Sequence record: SRR22947725_1095
Strand: one strand, 5' to 3'
DNA: 50,744 nucleotides
Shown here: one piece after another, positions 50,548 through 50,744 of the stretch
Position numbering within the stretch: the first letter of the stretch is position 1
Layout of the letters: every line of letters starts with the position of its first letter
Made by a program: the position numbers and the translations under genes
Notes under the pieces: model-generated
Databases searched by the model: none
Told to the model about the DNA's origin: nothing
Seen by the model: only the letters and a program-made list of their open reading frames with translations

Positions 50548-50744
50548 TTATAGACCTAACCAGCCATCAACTGTATCTTCATTTTTTGACATCCAGTCTC
50601 TTGCAACATCAGCTGGATCTCTTTTCATTACTGACACTTCGTAAGCTAACCAAGAAACATCATCAGACGTTAGTTGGAAATTATTAAAGAATTCAACAAT
50701 TGCTGGTGATTTGCCTTCTAATGAAGTTCCCCAACCAATTTGAA
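50548..50744 (-). CDS. ABC transporter substrate-binding protein, 3' end (ProX/TmoX-like; runs off the right edge)
   Basis: Manual translation gives QIGWGTSLEGKSPAIVEFFNNFQLTSDDVSWLAYEVSVMKRDPADVARDWMSKNEDTVDGWLGL*, upstream of the ATPase and permease. Confidence 0.8.
   Translation of the reverse strand, partial: QIGWGTSLEGKSPAIVEFFNNFQLTSDDVSWLAYEVSVMKRDPADVARDWMSKNEDTVDGWLGL

Overview
AT-rich chromosomal DNA with short intergenic spaces from a streamlined gammaproteobacterium. Gene content and style suggest a marine SUP05/Thioglobus-like lineage, which is an inference and was not verified. Most of the window is core housekeeping: groEL(partial)-groES-rpoH, gmk, murJ, lpxA-fabZ-lpxD-skp-bamA, dapF, apaH-apaG-rsmA-pdxA, lipAB, selD-selU, nrdAB with tandem NrdR boxes, an aapJQMP amino-acid ABC transporter, pabB, cpoB-pal-tolB, spoT, bamD, ssb, rnc-era-recO-pdxJ-acpS, thyA-lgt and a ProU/TmoXWV-like ABC transporter. 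A clear XerC/XerD dif site lies at 24371-24398, so the window probably spans the replication terminus. The most notable element is a glutamine-dependent NAD+ synthetase (30362-32236) fused in frame to a ~92-aa N-terminal Xre/phage-repressor-like HTH domain. A 38-bp near-perfect palindrome (15/16-bp arms) sits 25 bp upstream and overlaps a candidate extended -10 promoter. Together these suggest an autoregulating repressor-enzyme. Other oddities are a Pal lipoprotein with two inserted acidic repeats (53-aa period), a MORN-repeat gene that appears to need a non-canonical start, and a dimeric all-alpha dUTPase abutting selD-selU. No rRNA, tRNA, CRISPR array, IS element or integrase was recognised.
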